From: Thermodesulfobacteriota bacterium
GTDB taxonomy: Bacteria; Desulfobacterota; Desulfarculia; Desulfarculales; Desulfarculaceae
DNA: 32,000 nt
Direction: 5' to 3'
Assembly (NCBI GenBank): GCA_049322275.1
Contig: JBMORH010000057.1
Location: forward strand, 1-32,000
In this document: one piece after another, positions 16,090-24,314 of the stretch
Layout: each line of letters starts with the position of its first letter
How positions within the stretch are numbered: position 1 is the first letter of the stretch
Program-made: the position numbers and the translations under genes
Notes under the pieces: generated by a model
Seen by the model: only the letters and a program-made list of their open reading frames with translations
The model's database searches: none
What the model was told of the DNA's origin: nothing

Positions 16090-17073
16090 ATGCCGCCGTT
16101 GCCCCTGGCGGGGCTGCGCTACAGCCAGGGATGGGGCCTGCTCCATCCGCCGGCCGCCGGGCCGCAAGACGCCGCGGCCCTGGCGCTGGACCTGGACCGG
16201 CGGGGGGTCAACCTGGCCTTCCTGGCCGGCCGCCGCGCCGGGGGGGGATTGGCCCTGACCCTGGCCGTGGACGCCGAGCGCGCCGCCGGCCCGGACGGGG
16301 CGGCGGCGCTGGCTCCGGCGGCGCTCTTGACCGCCTACCCCCTGACCCATTGCCTGCCCCTGGCCTGGCGGCTGACCGCGGGCCTCGCGCGGCTGGGCCT
16401 GGACCCCCTGGCCCTGGCCACCTCGCCGGCGGCGGCGGCGCTGGCCCTGCCGGAAGGCCAGTTGGAGCCCGCCCTGGCCGCGCTGGCGGGCCTGGTCCAG
16501 TTGCCGCCGGGGGCGGCGCCCCAGCGCCAGCAGGTGCGGGTGGTGCAGGTGGCGCCGGGCGAGGAGCCGCCCGCGCCGCCGCGCTGCCAGGTTCCGGAAA
16601 CCATCGCCGTGTACCGCGAGGACCCCATACGCACCTATGGCCTGGCCGCCGCCCCGGAGATGGCCTGGCTGTGCGCGGCGGCTCCCCTGGCCGGGCTGGA
16701 TTTCGAGCGCGGCCTGACGGCCCTGGCGGACGCGCCCAAGCCGGCCCATCTCCAGGTGGCCCTGGGCGCGGGGCGCATCGGGATATGCGCCTGCCTGGCC
16801 GCCGCCCAGGCCCCGGCGCTTGTGGCCGCGCTCCTGGCCGCCGGCCTGGAGCCCGCCGGCCCGCCGGAGCCGGCCACCCTGGTCCACCTGCAAGGGCCGC
16901 ACTTCGGCGACCGCCACGGCATCGCCGCCGCGGCGCTGGTGGCCCTGGCCGAGGCCGGGGCCGCGCCCCTGGCCCTGGCCGGAGTGGTGCATTCGATATT
17001 CATCGCCCTGCCCCCGGAACAGGCGGCCCCGGTTTGCGCCGCCCTGGCCCGGCGCTTCTGCGCCCCCAGCTAG
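16090..17073 (+). CDS. Ala/Leu/Pro-rich hypothetical protein with a C-terminal aspartokinase-type ACT domain, possibly several degenerate ACT-like repeats
   Basis: The start is set at ATG 16090 (MPPLPLAGL...), 13 nt after the receiver-gene stop. The tracked start at 16003 overlaps the receiver gene. The C-terminal segment LVHLQGPHFGDRHGIAAAALVALAEAGAAPLALAGVVHSIFIALPPEQAAPVCAALARRF follows the ACT pattern of aspartokinase regulatory domains. Coding status is supported by the tight operon fit: 13-nt and 6-nt gaps to its neighbours. Confidence 0.6.
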   Translation: MPPLPLAGLRYSQGWGLLHPPAAGPQDAAALALDLDRRGVNLAFLAGRRAGGGLALTLAVDAERAAGPDGAAALAPAALLTAYPLTHCLPLAWRLTAGLARLGLDPLALATSPAAAALALPEGQLEPALAALAGLVQLPPGAAPQRQQVRVVQVAPGEEPPAPPRCQVPETIAVYREDPIRTYGLAAAPEMAWLCAAAPLAGLDFERGLTALADAPKPAHLQVALGAGRIGICACLAAAQAPALVAALLAAGLEPAGPPEPATLVHLQGPHFGDRHGIAAAALVALAEAGAAPLALAGVVHSIFIALPPEQAAPVCAALARRFCAPS

Positions 17074-17079
17074 GCCGTT

Positions 17080-18642
17080 ATGCACCAGAGCTACCCCGAA
17101 GACTTCAGCCTGGCCACCCTGCTCCAGGACGCCTGGTACAAGGCCGCCTTCGAGAGCCTGCCCTTCCCCACGCTCATCCTGGACCCCTACATGGTGGTGC
17201 GCGAGGCCAACCAGGGCTTCCTGGAGCGCTATCGCATGAAGCGCCAGGACGTGCTGGGCAAACCCTGCTATTGGGTCTTCCACCACTACGACCAGCCCTG
17301 CCCGCAGAGCCAGTGCCGGTTCCAGGGCGCCCTGGCCGGCATGAAGGGCTGCGCCAACCTGCACCACTACCGCAACGAGCACGGCGACCCGGTCTGGGAG
17401 CAGGTGCACCTTTCCCCGCTCAAGGCGCCCAGCGGCCGGATCATCGGGGTGGTGGAGTCCATCAGCGACATCACCCAGGCCAAGCGCCTGGAGCAGTCGC
17501 TGACCGAGACCAACGAGTTCCTGGGCCGGCTGTTGGATTCCATGGTGGGGGTGGTGGTGGCCGCCGACCTGGCCGGGAACATCCAGTTCGTGAACAAGAA
17601 CGTGGAGCGGGTGCTGGGCTACGCCCCGGCCGAGCTCATCGGCCAGAGCCTGCGCAAGATCGCCCCGGAGGACGACCTGCGCCACGTGCGCCAGCTCTTG
17701 GCCGAGACCGGCGGCCGCGCCCTGGGCGTGCGCACGGTGGTCTACACCAAGGACGGCGAGGAGGTGCCGGTGCGCATCAACTCCTCGCTGGTCTACCGCG
17801 ACGGTGTGCCGGCCGGCACGGTGGGGATCATCACCGACCTGCGCGACTACGTGAAGATGGAGGACAGCCTGGTCCAGGCCCGCATGCAGGTGGTGCACTC
17901 GGAGAAGCTGGCCCGCCTGGGGCGCATGGCCGCGGGCATCGCCCACGAGCTGAACAACCCGCTCACCGGCATCACGGTCTACGCCGACCTGCTCAAGGAG
18001 TCGCTGGAGCCGGGCCACCCGGCCCAGGCCGATCTATCGGCCATCCTGGAGGACGCCGAGCGCTGCCGCGACATCATCCGCGGCCTGCTGGACTACAGCC
18101 GCCAGAGCCCGGTGGTGGTGGAGGAGCTGGATCTCTCCCAGGTGGTGGAGGAGGCCCTGCGCCTGATCCGCGACGACGCGCTTTTCTTGCACGTGGAGGT
18201 GGCGCGCGAATACTGGCCCCAGCCCCTGATCGTCCAGGGCGACGCGCGCCTGTTGCGCCAGGTCTTCATCAACCTGATAACCAACGCGGTGGACGCCATG
18301 GAGCGCCGGGGCCGGCTGACCCTGCGCACCTACCTGGACCCGGAGGGCTACCGGGTGGCCGAGGTGGGCGACACCGGCAGCGGCATCCGCCCGGAGGACG
18401 TGGCCAGGGTCTTCGACCCCTTCTTCACCACCAAGGAGGTGGGGCGCGGCACCGGCCTGGGCCTGTCGGTGGTCTACGGCGTCATCAGCCGCCATGGCGG
18501 CGAGATCGCCGTGACCGAGACCGGCCCCCAGGGCACCACCTTCCGGGTGCGCCTGCCCCAGGAGGCCGCCCAGGAGCTCAGCGACTACGCCCGCCATTAC
18601 CGCCCCGGCGCGCCCCCCGCAAACCAGGAGATTGGCACGTGA
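17080..18642 (+). CDS. Cytoplasmic PAS-PAS sensor histidine kinase; the first PAS domain is Cys/His-rich
   Basis: 520 aa. Two PAS-like segments, H-box MAAGIAHELNNPLTGI, N-box INLITNAVDAM, and G-boxes DTGSGI and GTGLGLSVV. No transmembrane segment is evident. Confidence 0.92.
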   Translation: MHQSYPEDFSLATLLQDAWYKAAFESLPFPTLILDPYMVVREANQGFLERYRMKRQDVLGKPCYWVFHHYDQPCPQSQCRFQGALAGMKGCANLHHYRNEHGDPVWEQVHLSPLKAPSGRIIGVVESISDITQAKRLEQSLTETNEFLGRLLDSMVGVVVAADLAGNIQFVNKNVERVLGYAPAELIGQSLRKIAPEDDLRHVRQLLAETGGRALGVRTVVYTKDGEEVPVRINSSLVYRDGVPAGTVGIITDLRDYVKMEDSLVQARMQVVHSEKLARLGRMAAGIAHELNNPLTGITVYADLLKESLEPGHPAQADLSAILEDAERCRDIIRGLLDYSRQSPVVVEELDLSQVVEEALRLIRDDALFLHVEVAREYWPQPLIVQGDARLLRQVFINLITNAVDAMERRGRLTLRTYLDPEGYRVAEVGDTGSGIRPEDVARVFDPFFTTKEVGRGTGLGLSVVYGVISRHGGEIAVTETGPQGTTFRVRLPQEAAQELSDYARHYRPGAPPANQEIGT

Positions 18643-20078
18643 GCCTGCCCAACGCGCATATATTGATCATCGACGACGAGGAGCGGGTGCGCCAGGCCTG
18701 CCGCCGGGTCTTGGAGCCGGAGGGCTACCAGGTCAGCGAGGCCGCCAACGGCCGCCAGGGCCTGGTGATGATCCAGAAGGAGCGGCCGGACCTGGTGTTG
18801 GTGGACCTGATGATGCCGATCATGGACGGCATGGAGGTCCTGGCCGCCCTGCGCCGCGACCAGCCCGACCTGGCGGTGGTGGTCATCACCGGCTACGCCA
18901 CCATGGACCGGGCGGTGGAGGCCATGAAGCAGGGGGCGGACGACTTCTTGGCCAAGCCCTTCCGGCCCCAGGATCTGCGCCTGGTGGTGGAGCGCGCCCT
19001 GCGTCGGGTGCGCACCCTGGAGGATCTCGTCACCGAGAAGAGCCGCTACCGGGTGCTGGTGCGCTCCCTGGCCAACGGGGTGCTGGTGGTGGACGCCGGT
19101 GGCCGGGTGGCCCTGGCCAACCCCGCCCTGGTCCGCCTGCTGGGCTGCGGCGAGCGCGACTGCCTGGGCCGCCCCCTGGCCGAGGTGCTGCCCTGTCCGG
19201 CAGTGAATGAGGCCATGGAGCAGGCCCTGGCCGGCCCCCAGGCCGAGCCCATCAGCGCCGCCTGCGGCCTGAGCGTGGCCGGCGAGGACGAGCCGCGCCA
19301 GATGCAGGTGAACTGCGCGCCTTTCCTGGACGGGCGCGGCCACCTGGTGGGCGCCCTGGCCGTCTTCGAGGACGTCAGCGCCTGGCGGCGGCTGGATGAG
19401 CTCAAGAGCCAGTTCGTCTCCACCGTGGCCCACGAGATCGCCAGCCCCCTGGCCTCGGTGCTGGGCCAGCTCCAGAACCTGGCCCAGGGCCTGGCCGGCC
19501 CCCTGAACCCCGATCAACGCCAGCTCCTGGACCGCGCCCGCGCCCGCCTGGAGGGCATCGTGGGCTTGAGCCGCGATCTGCTGGACCTTTCGCGCATCGA
19601 GGCCGGCCACCGGGCCGAGCCCGCCCTGGTGGACCTGGCCCCGCTGATGGCCGAGGCCATGGACATGCTGGGTCCCCAGGCCGAGGCCAAGCTCATCAAG
19701 CTGCGGCTGACCCAGAACGGCGAGCTGGGGCCGGTGCTGGGCGTGGCCGGCGAGCTGAGCCAGGTCATCGTAAACCTGCTCAGCAACGCCATCAAGTACA
19801 CCCCGGCCCAGGGCAGCGTGGAGCTGGTGGCGGGCATGGCCGGCGGCGAAATCATGCTGGAATTCAAGGACACCGGCTTCGGCATCGCCGCCGAGGAGCT
19901 GCCCCACATCTTCAAGCGCTTCTACCGGGTCAAGGACGCGCAAACCCGCCAGATCGTGGGCACCGGCCTGGGCCTGCCCATCGTCAAGCGCCTGGTGGAG
20001 GCCCACGGCGGCCGGATCGAGGTGGAAAGCCAACCCGGCCGGGGCAGCATCTTCCGGGTTATACTGCCCGCCGCCTGA
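18639..20078 (+). CDS. Receiver-PAS-histidine kinase (N-terminal REC domain fused to a PAS sensor kinase)
   Basis: GTG start at 18639 overlaps the upstream kinase stop (GTGA), with CAGGAG 8 nt upstream. REC: ILIIDDEE...LVLVDLMMP...AKPF. PAS: LANGVLVVDAGGRVALANPA. H-box FVSTVAHEIASPL, N-box NLLSNAIKYT, G-box GTGLGLPIVK. This is the real 3' part of the tracked 16131..20078 ORF. Confidence 0.9.
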   Translation: MSLPNAHILIIDDEERVRQACRRVLEPEGYQVSEAANGRQGLVMIQKERPDLVLVDLMMPIMDGMEVLAALRRDQPDLAVVVITGYATMDRAVEAMKQGADDFLAKPFRPQDLRLVVERALRRVRTLEDLVTEKSRYRVLVRSLANGVLVVDAGGRVALANPALVRLLGCGERDCLGRPLAEVLPCPAVNEAMEQALAGPQAEPISAACGLSVAGEDEPRQMQVNCAPFLDGRGHLVGALAVFEDVSAWRRLDELKSQFVSTVAHEIASPLASVLGQLQNLAQGLAGPLNPDQRQLLDRARARLEGIVGLSRDLLDLSRIEAGHRAEPALVDLAPLMAEAMDMLGPQAEAKLIKLRLTQNGELGPVLGVAGELSQVIVNLLSNAIKYTPAQGSVELVAGMAGGEIMLEFKDTGFGIAAEELPHIFKRFYRVKDAQTRQIVGTGLGLPIVKRLVEAHGGRIEVESQPGRGSIFRVILPAA

Positions 20079-20125
20079 CGCCAGACCAGTCTTGGCGCAA
20101 CCAGTTTGTTTTCCGGCTAAAACGC

Positions 20126-20150
20126 ACGGGCGGGGTTCATCCCCGCCCGT
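20126..20150. terminator. GC hairpin ACGGGCGGGG-TTCAT-CCCCGCCCGT (copy 3 of the recurring hairpin); putative terminator of the signalling operon
   Basis: 10-bp perfect stem with a 5-nt loop, 48 nt after the kinase stop. The following sequence, CTTAGCCTTT, is only weakly T-rich. Confidence 0.5.
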
Positions 20151-20266
20151 CTTAGCCTTTGGCCCAAGCAATGGGCGGGCGCAAGGGTTAAGCCTGGGCC
20201 GCGACCCGCCGGGCGGCGCCGGGCGCCGGGGGCCGGGCGGCAAGCCCCCACTTCGACCAGGCTTTT

Positions 20267-20275
20267 TGCTATAAT
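20267..20275 (+). promoter_or_regulatory. Extended -10 promoter element TGcTATAAT upstream of usp
   Basis: TG at 20267-68 and TATAAT at 20270-75, about 55 nt upstream of the usp ATG. No good -35 element is present, which is consistent with an extended -10 promoter. Confidence 0.4.
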
Positions 20276-20329
20276 TTTGGCGTGGGGCCGGGGGCTCCGC
20301 GCCAAATCATTTTCAGCGGGGATGATGTC

Positions 20330-20818
20330 ATGGGCATGTTCAAGAAGATCGTGGCCGCCATCGACTTTTCCGACTACTCCGCGGCGACCCTGCGTTATGC
20401 CGCCAGCCTGGCCCAGGACCAGGGGGCCTCCCTGGTCTTGGTCAACGTCATCAACCAGCGCGACGTGGACGCCATCAAGGCCGCCCAGGCCTACGCCGAC
20501 ATCCTGCCGGTGGATGAGTTCCTGGCCAAGTCCCGCCGGGAGCGCCTGGAGGCCCTGGACAAGATGATCGCCGAGGCCCGCTGCCAGGCCTTGCCCCATG
20601 AGAAGGTGATCCGCATCGGCATCCCCTACGAGGAGATACTGGCGCTGGTCAAGCAGAACGGGGCCGACCTGATCGTGATGGGCACCAAGGGGCGCACCAA
20701 CCTGGCCAACACCCTGTTCGGCTCCACGGCCGAGAAGGTTTTCCGCCGCTCCCTGGTGCCGGTGCTCTCGGTGCGCGGCCAGGAGCACGCCGACCTGCTC
20801 TGCAAGCTGCCGGCCTAG
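20330..20818 (+). CDS. Universal stress protein (UspA family)
   Basis: 162 aa from MGMFKKIVAAIDFSDYS. C-terminal ATP-binding-type motif LIVMGTKGRTNLANTLFGSTAEKVFRRSLVPVLSV. The start is chosen over the tracked 20282 because of GGGGA 7 nt upstream and the canonical Usp N-terminus. Confidence 0.9.
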   Translation: MGMFKKIVAAIDFSDYSAATLRYAASLAQDQGASLVLVNVINQRDVDAIKAAQAYADILPVDEFLAKSRRERLEALDKMIAEARCQALPHEKVIRIGIPYEEILALVKQNGADLIVMGTKGRTNLANTLFGSTAEKVFRRSLVPVLSVRGQEHADLLCKLPA

Positions 20819-20858
20819 CCCCGGCCCGCCACCGAACCGCCGCCGCGGGCGGCGGACT

Positions 20859-20896
20859 GGCCCGCGTCCGGCCCCGGCCGACGCGGGCCGCCTTTT
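20859..20896 (+). terminator. Rho-independent terminator after usp
   Basis: GGCCCGCGTC (20859-68) pairs perfectly with GACGCGGGCC (20880-89) across an 11-nt loop, followed by GCCTTTTGGGG (T4 at 20893-96). A second perfect 8-bp hairpin, CCGCCGCC-GCG-GGCGGCGG, lies at 20837-20855. Confidence 0.65.
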
Positions 20897-20901
20897 GGGG
20901 C

Positions 20902-20907
20902 TATAAT
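20902..20907 (+). promoter_or_regulatory. -10 box TATAAT (context GGCTATAATTT) upstream of the PDO-TrxR fusion gene
   Basis: A consensus hexamer immediately after the usp terminator and about 70 nt upstream of ATG 20976. The -35 region is poor and overlaps the terminator stem. Confidence 0.35.
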
Positions 20908-20975
20908 TTATCTACGCGCTCCGCCCCGGCGGTCCGCCGGTCCGGGGCGCGCCTCGACCCCCCCCAAAGCGGAGG

Positions 20976-22664
20976 ATGGCCTTGGCCCTGTTCGGCAAGC
21001 GCGACCGCGACCACGGACACGACCACGCCCGCGAAGAGGCCCCGGCCGAGCGCCCGGTGCTCGACGCCCAGACCAAGGCCGACCTGCAGGGCCTGTTCAA
21101 GCACTTCGCCCACGACGTGGAGATTCACCTGTTCGCCCGCCCGGAGGCGGACGACGTCTTCGCCGTCGCCGCGCGCAAGGTGCTGCGGGCGGTGGCCGAG
21201 CTGAGCGGGCGCATCAAGCTGAGCGAGCACGGCATGGACGCCAAGCTGGCCCAGGAATGGGGCGTGACCGTCTCGCCCACCATCGTCTTGGCCCCGGACC
21301 GGTTCCGGGTGCGTTACCTGGGCGCGCCGGTGGGCGAGGAGGGGCGCACCCTGATCGAGGCCCTCTTGCTCCTGGGCTTTGGCGAAAGCGCGCTCAGCCC
21401 GCCCTCGCGCAAGGTGCTGGCCGGCCTGGACGGCCCCCGCGCGGTGAGGATCTTCGTCAGCCTCACCTGCCCCTACTGCCCCCAGCAGGCCGTCAACGGG
21501 CTCAAGGCGGCCATGGCCCGGCCCGACCTGGTCTCCCTGGAGATCATCGACATCCAGGCCAACCCGGAGCTGGCCGACCAGCACGGCGCCCACAGCACCC
21601 CCCAGGCCTTCGCCAATGGCCGGCTCATCGCCCTGGGCGCCCAGGCCGAGGAGCTGTTCATGGCCAGCCTGGCCAAGCTGGAGCAGCAGACGGTCTTCAT
21701 CCCCGACAGCGACGCCGAGCAGGTGGACTGCGACCTGGTCATCGTGGGCGGCGGCCCGGCCGGACTCACCGCGGCCATCTACGCCGCCCGCTCCGGGCTC
21801 AAGGCGGTGGTGATCGAAAAGGGCGCGCTGGGCGGGCAGGTGGCCACCACCCCGGTGGTGGAGAACTACCCCGGCCTGACCCAGGTGGGCGGCAAGGCCC
21901 TGGTGGACCTGATGGTCAGCCACGCCCTGCAATACTGCCAGATATTCCCCGGCGAGGAGGCGATGGAGGTGAGCCCCGGCCCGCCCTGGCTGGTGGCCAC
22001 CAACCGCCGCCGCTTCACCGCCCGCGCGGTGCTGCTGGCCACCGGCGCGCGCCACCGCCGGCTCGGGGCCGAGGGCGAACAGCGCCTGGCCGGCCGGGGG
22101 GTGAGCTATTGCGCCACCTGCGACGGGCCGCTTTTCCGGGGCAAGGCGGTGGTGGTGGCCGGCGGCGGCGACAGCGCGGCGACCGAGGCCCTGCACCTGC
22201 ACAACCTGGGCGCCAAGGTGACCCTGGTCCACCGCCGCGAGCGCCTGCGCGCCCAGGCCCAGCTGGTCAGGCAGTTGGAGGCTCTGGGCATCCCGATCAT
22301 CTACAACGCCGCGATCAAGGCCATCACCGGCCAGGAGCGGGTGGAGGGCGTGGAACTCGCCGACGCCGCCGGCGGGGCCGGGCGCAGCCTGGCGGCCGAT
22401 GGCGTCTTCGTGGCCATCGGCTACGACCCGGCCAGCGAGCTGGCCAAGGGCCTGGGCCTGGAGCTGGACGGCCAAGGCTACATCCAGACCGACGCCCGCC
22501 ACCGCACCAGCCTGCCGGGCGTCTACGCGGCCGGGGACGTGCAGGGCGGCTACAAGCAGATCGTCACCGCCGCCGGCCAGGGGGCGGCCGCGGCCATGAG
22601 CATCTTCGAGGACCTGGTCAACCCCTACTGGACCCAGGCCCGCCCAGGGGCCGCCCCGGCCTGA
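20976..22664 (+). CDS. Thioredoxin-disulfide reductase fused to an N-terminal two-thioredoxin-fold PDO/AhpF-N-terminal-like domain (CPYC)
   Basis: 562 aa.
- N-terminal half: the second thioredoxin fold carries VSLTCPYCPQQAV; the first fold lacks CxxC, as in the AhpF N-terminal domain and in PDO.
- C-terminal half is a low-Mr TrxR: DLVIVGGGPAGLTAAIYAARSG, redox-active CATCDG, VVVAGGGDSAATEAL, and the HRRERLRA NADPH signature.

GGAGG abuts the ATG, so the exact start is slightly uncertain. Confidence 0.88.
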   Translation: MALALFGKRDRDHGHDHAREEAPAERPVLDAQTKADLQGLFKHFAHDVEIHLFARPEADDVFAVAARKVLRAVAELSGRIKLSEHGMDAKLAQEWGVTVSPTIVLAPDRFRVRYLGAPVGEEGRTLIEALLLLGFGESALSPPSRKVLAGLDGPRAVRIFVSLTCPYCPQQAVNGLKAAMARPDLVSLEIIDIQANPELADQHGAHSTPQAFANGRLIALGAQAEELFMASLAKLEQQTVFIPDSDAEQVDCDLVIVGGGPAGLTAAIYAARSGLKAVVIEKGALGGQVATTPVVENYPGLTQVGGKALVDLMVSHALQYCQIFPGEEAMEVSPGPPWLVATNRRRFTARAVLLATGARHRRLGAEGEQRLAGRGVSYCATCDGPLFRGKAVVVAGGGDSAATEALHLHNLGAKVTLVHRRERLRAQAQLVRQLEALGIPIIYNAAIKAITGQERVEGVELADAAGGAGRSLAADGVFVAIGYDPASELAKGLGLELDGQGYIQTDARHRTSLPGVYAAGDVQGGYKQIVTAAGQGAAAAMSIFEDLVNPYWTQARPGAAPA

Positions 22665-22783
22665 GCGCCGCCCCCGGCACCCCTGGGGGTTCTAACCCGG
22701 CCCGGCCTGTGCTATCTTGCGGGCCGGCCCCGCGGCGGCCAACGCCGGGGCCGGCCCCCGCTTCGTCACGCCGGGAGAGAACC

Positions 22784-23644
22784 ATGTCCTATCAGCACAT
22801 CAAGTACGAGATCGCCGACCGGGTGGCGCTGGTCACCCTTAACCGCCCCGACCAGCTCAACGCCTTCACGCCGGTCATGCGCGAGGAGCTCAAGGAGGCC
22901 TTCGGCCAGGCCGACCGCGACGACGCGGTGCGGGCGGTGGTGGTCACCGGGGCCGGCCGCGCCTTCTGCGCCGGGGCCGACCTGAGCGGCGGGGGCGGCA
23001 CCTTCGACCGCCGCCAGGCGGACGGCGGCCAGGTGCGCCTGGGCGAACACCGCGACGGCGGCGGCCAGGTCGCGCTGGCCATCCACGCCTGCCGCAAGCC
23101 GGTGATCGCGGCCATCAACGGCCCGGCGGTGGGGGTGGGCTTCACCCTCACCCTGGCCATGGACATGCGGGTGGCGGCCGAGGACGCCAAGTTGGGGGCG
23201 GTCTTCGTCCGGCGGGGGGTGGTGCCGGAGGCCTGCTCCTCCTGGTTCCTGCCCCGCCTGGTGGGTTTGGCCAAGGCCCTGGAATGGACCTGCACCGGCC
23301 GGGTCTTCCTGGCCCGCGACGAGGCCCAGAGCGGCCTGTTCAACCACGTGCTGCCGGCCGGGGAAGTGCTGCCCAAGGCCCTGGCCATCGCCCAGGAGAT
23401 CGTCCAGAACACCTCGGCCATGTCGGTGACCCTGGCCAAGGCCCTGATGTACCGCGGCCAGGCCGAGCCCGACCCCCAGTCGGTGCACCTGATCGACAGC
23501 CGGGTGTTCCTCTGGTCCGGCCGCCAGGCCGACGCCCGCGAGGGCATCCAGGCCTTCCTGGAAAAACGCCCGCCGGAGTTCAAGCTCAGCCCCACCCAGG
23601 ACCTGCCTGACTTCTACCCCTGGTGGAAGGAGCCCAAGGTCTAG
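22784..23644 (+). CDS. Enoyl-CoA hydratase/isomerase (crotonase superfamily)
   Basis: 286 aa from MSYQHIKYEIADRVALVTLNRPDQLNAF, with VVVTGAGRAFCAGADLS and AAINGPAVGVGFTLTLAMDMRVAAEDAKLG. GGGAGAGA lies upstream of the ATG. It is embedded in the tracked alternative-frame ORF 21257..23644. Confidence 0.9.
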   Translation: MSYQHIKYEIADRVALVTLNRPDQLNAFTPVMREELKEAFGQADRDDAVRAVVVTGAGRAFCAGADLSGGGGTFDRRQADGGQVRLGEHRDGGGQVALAIHACRKPVIAAINGPAVGVGFTLTLAMDMRVAAEDAKLGAVFVRRGVVPEACSSWFLPRLVGLAKALEWTCTGRVFLARDEAQSGLFNHVLPAGEVLPKALAIAQEIVQNTSAMSVTLAKALMYRGQAEPDPQSVHLIDSRVFLWSGRQADAREGIQAFLEKRPPEFKLSPTQDLPDFYPWWKEPKV

Positions 23645-23744
23645 GCCGGGCGGAGCGCGCCACGGCCAAGGCCGCGTCGCGGGCCCGATCTGCCTGCGCG
23701 CGGGTGAGGGGGCTCATGGCTTCATCTTCGGCCGCCACCCGGCG

Positions 23745-24314
23745 TCAGGCCATCTTTTGCCAGAACAGGGGCACCGGCTTGCGGGGCGGGGCCTTTACCG
23801 CCCCCGCCGGCCGGCCCAGGGGGATGATCCCGGCCAGCTCCAGCTCCTCCGGGATGCCCAGGATGGGCCGCAGGTCGGCGGGATCGCAGAAGGTGAACCA
23901 CAGGCTGCCCAGGCCCAGTTCGGCGGCGGCCAGCATCAGGTTCTGGACGCCGGCCGCGGCCGCGGTCAGGGCGCCGTGGGGCTGGTTGAAATGCGCGCCC
24001 AGGCCGCCCTTGGCCGGGTCGTAGGCCACCGCCAGGATGAGCGGGGCCTGGGTCAGGAAATCGGTGGGATACTTGGCCGCCCAGCCCGGCCCGCCGCCGG
24101 CGGCCACCCTTGCCTTGGCCGTCTCGGCCGCGGCCCGGATGGCCTCCTTCTGGGCCGGGTCGCTCACCGCCACCACCGACCAGGGCTGCAGGTTCAGCGG
24201 GCTGGGCGCCCAGGCCAGGGCATCCAGCAGCCGGGCCAGGTCGGCCTCGCCGATTGGTTCGGGCGAAAAAGCGCGCACGCTGCGCCGGGACGTGATGGCC
24301 TGCATCAGCTCCAT
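23745..24314 (-). CDS. Nitroreductase-family flavoprotein
   Basis: 189 aa: MELMQAITSRRSVRAFSPEPI...APSPLNLQPWSVVAV...GAHFNQPHGAL...NLMLAAAELGLGSLWF...IIPLGRPA. GGGAGGA precedes the ATG on the minus strand. It is the only credible part of the 1511-aa antisense ORF 23745..28280. The start coordinate was derived from the ORF-track frame and could be off by 1 nt. Confidence 0.9.
   Translation of the reverse strand: MELMQAITSRRSVRAFSPEPIGEADLARLLDALAWAPSPLNLQPWSVVAVSDPAQKEAIRAAAETAKARVAAGGGPGWAAKYPTDFLTQAPLILAVAYDPAKGGLGAHFNQPHGALTAAAAGVQNLMLAAAELGLGSLWFTFCDPADLRPILGIPEELELAGIIPLGRPAGAVKAPPRKPVPLFWQKMA

Noticed and set aside
16131-18638. 5' two-thirds of the 1315-aa plus-strand ORF 16131..20078
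   Set aside because: This part is an out-of-frame read across the ACT-protein and PAS-kinase genes (Pro/Gly/Arg-rich). Only the part from GTG 18639 onward encodes REC-PAS-kinase motifs.
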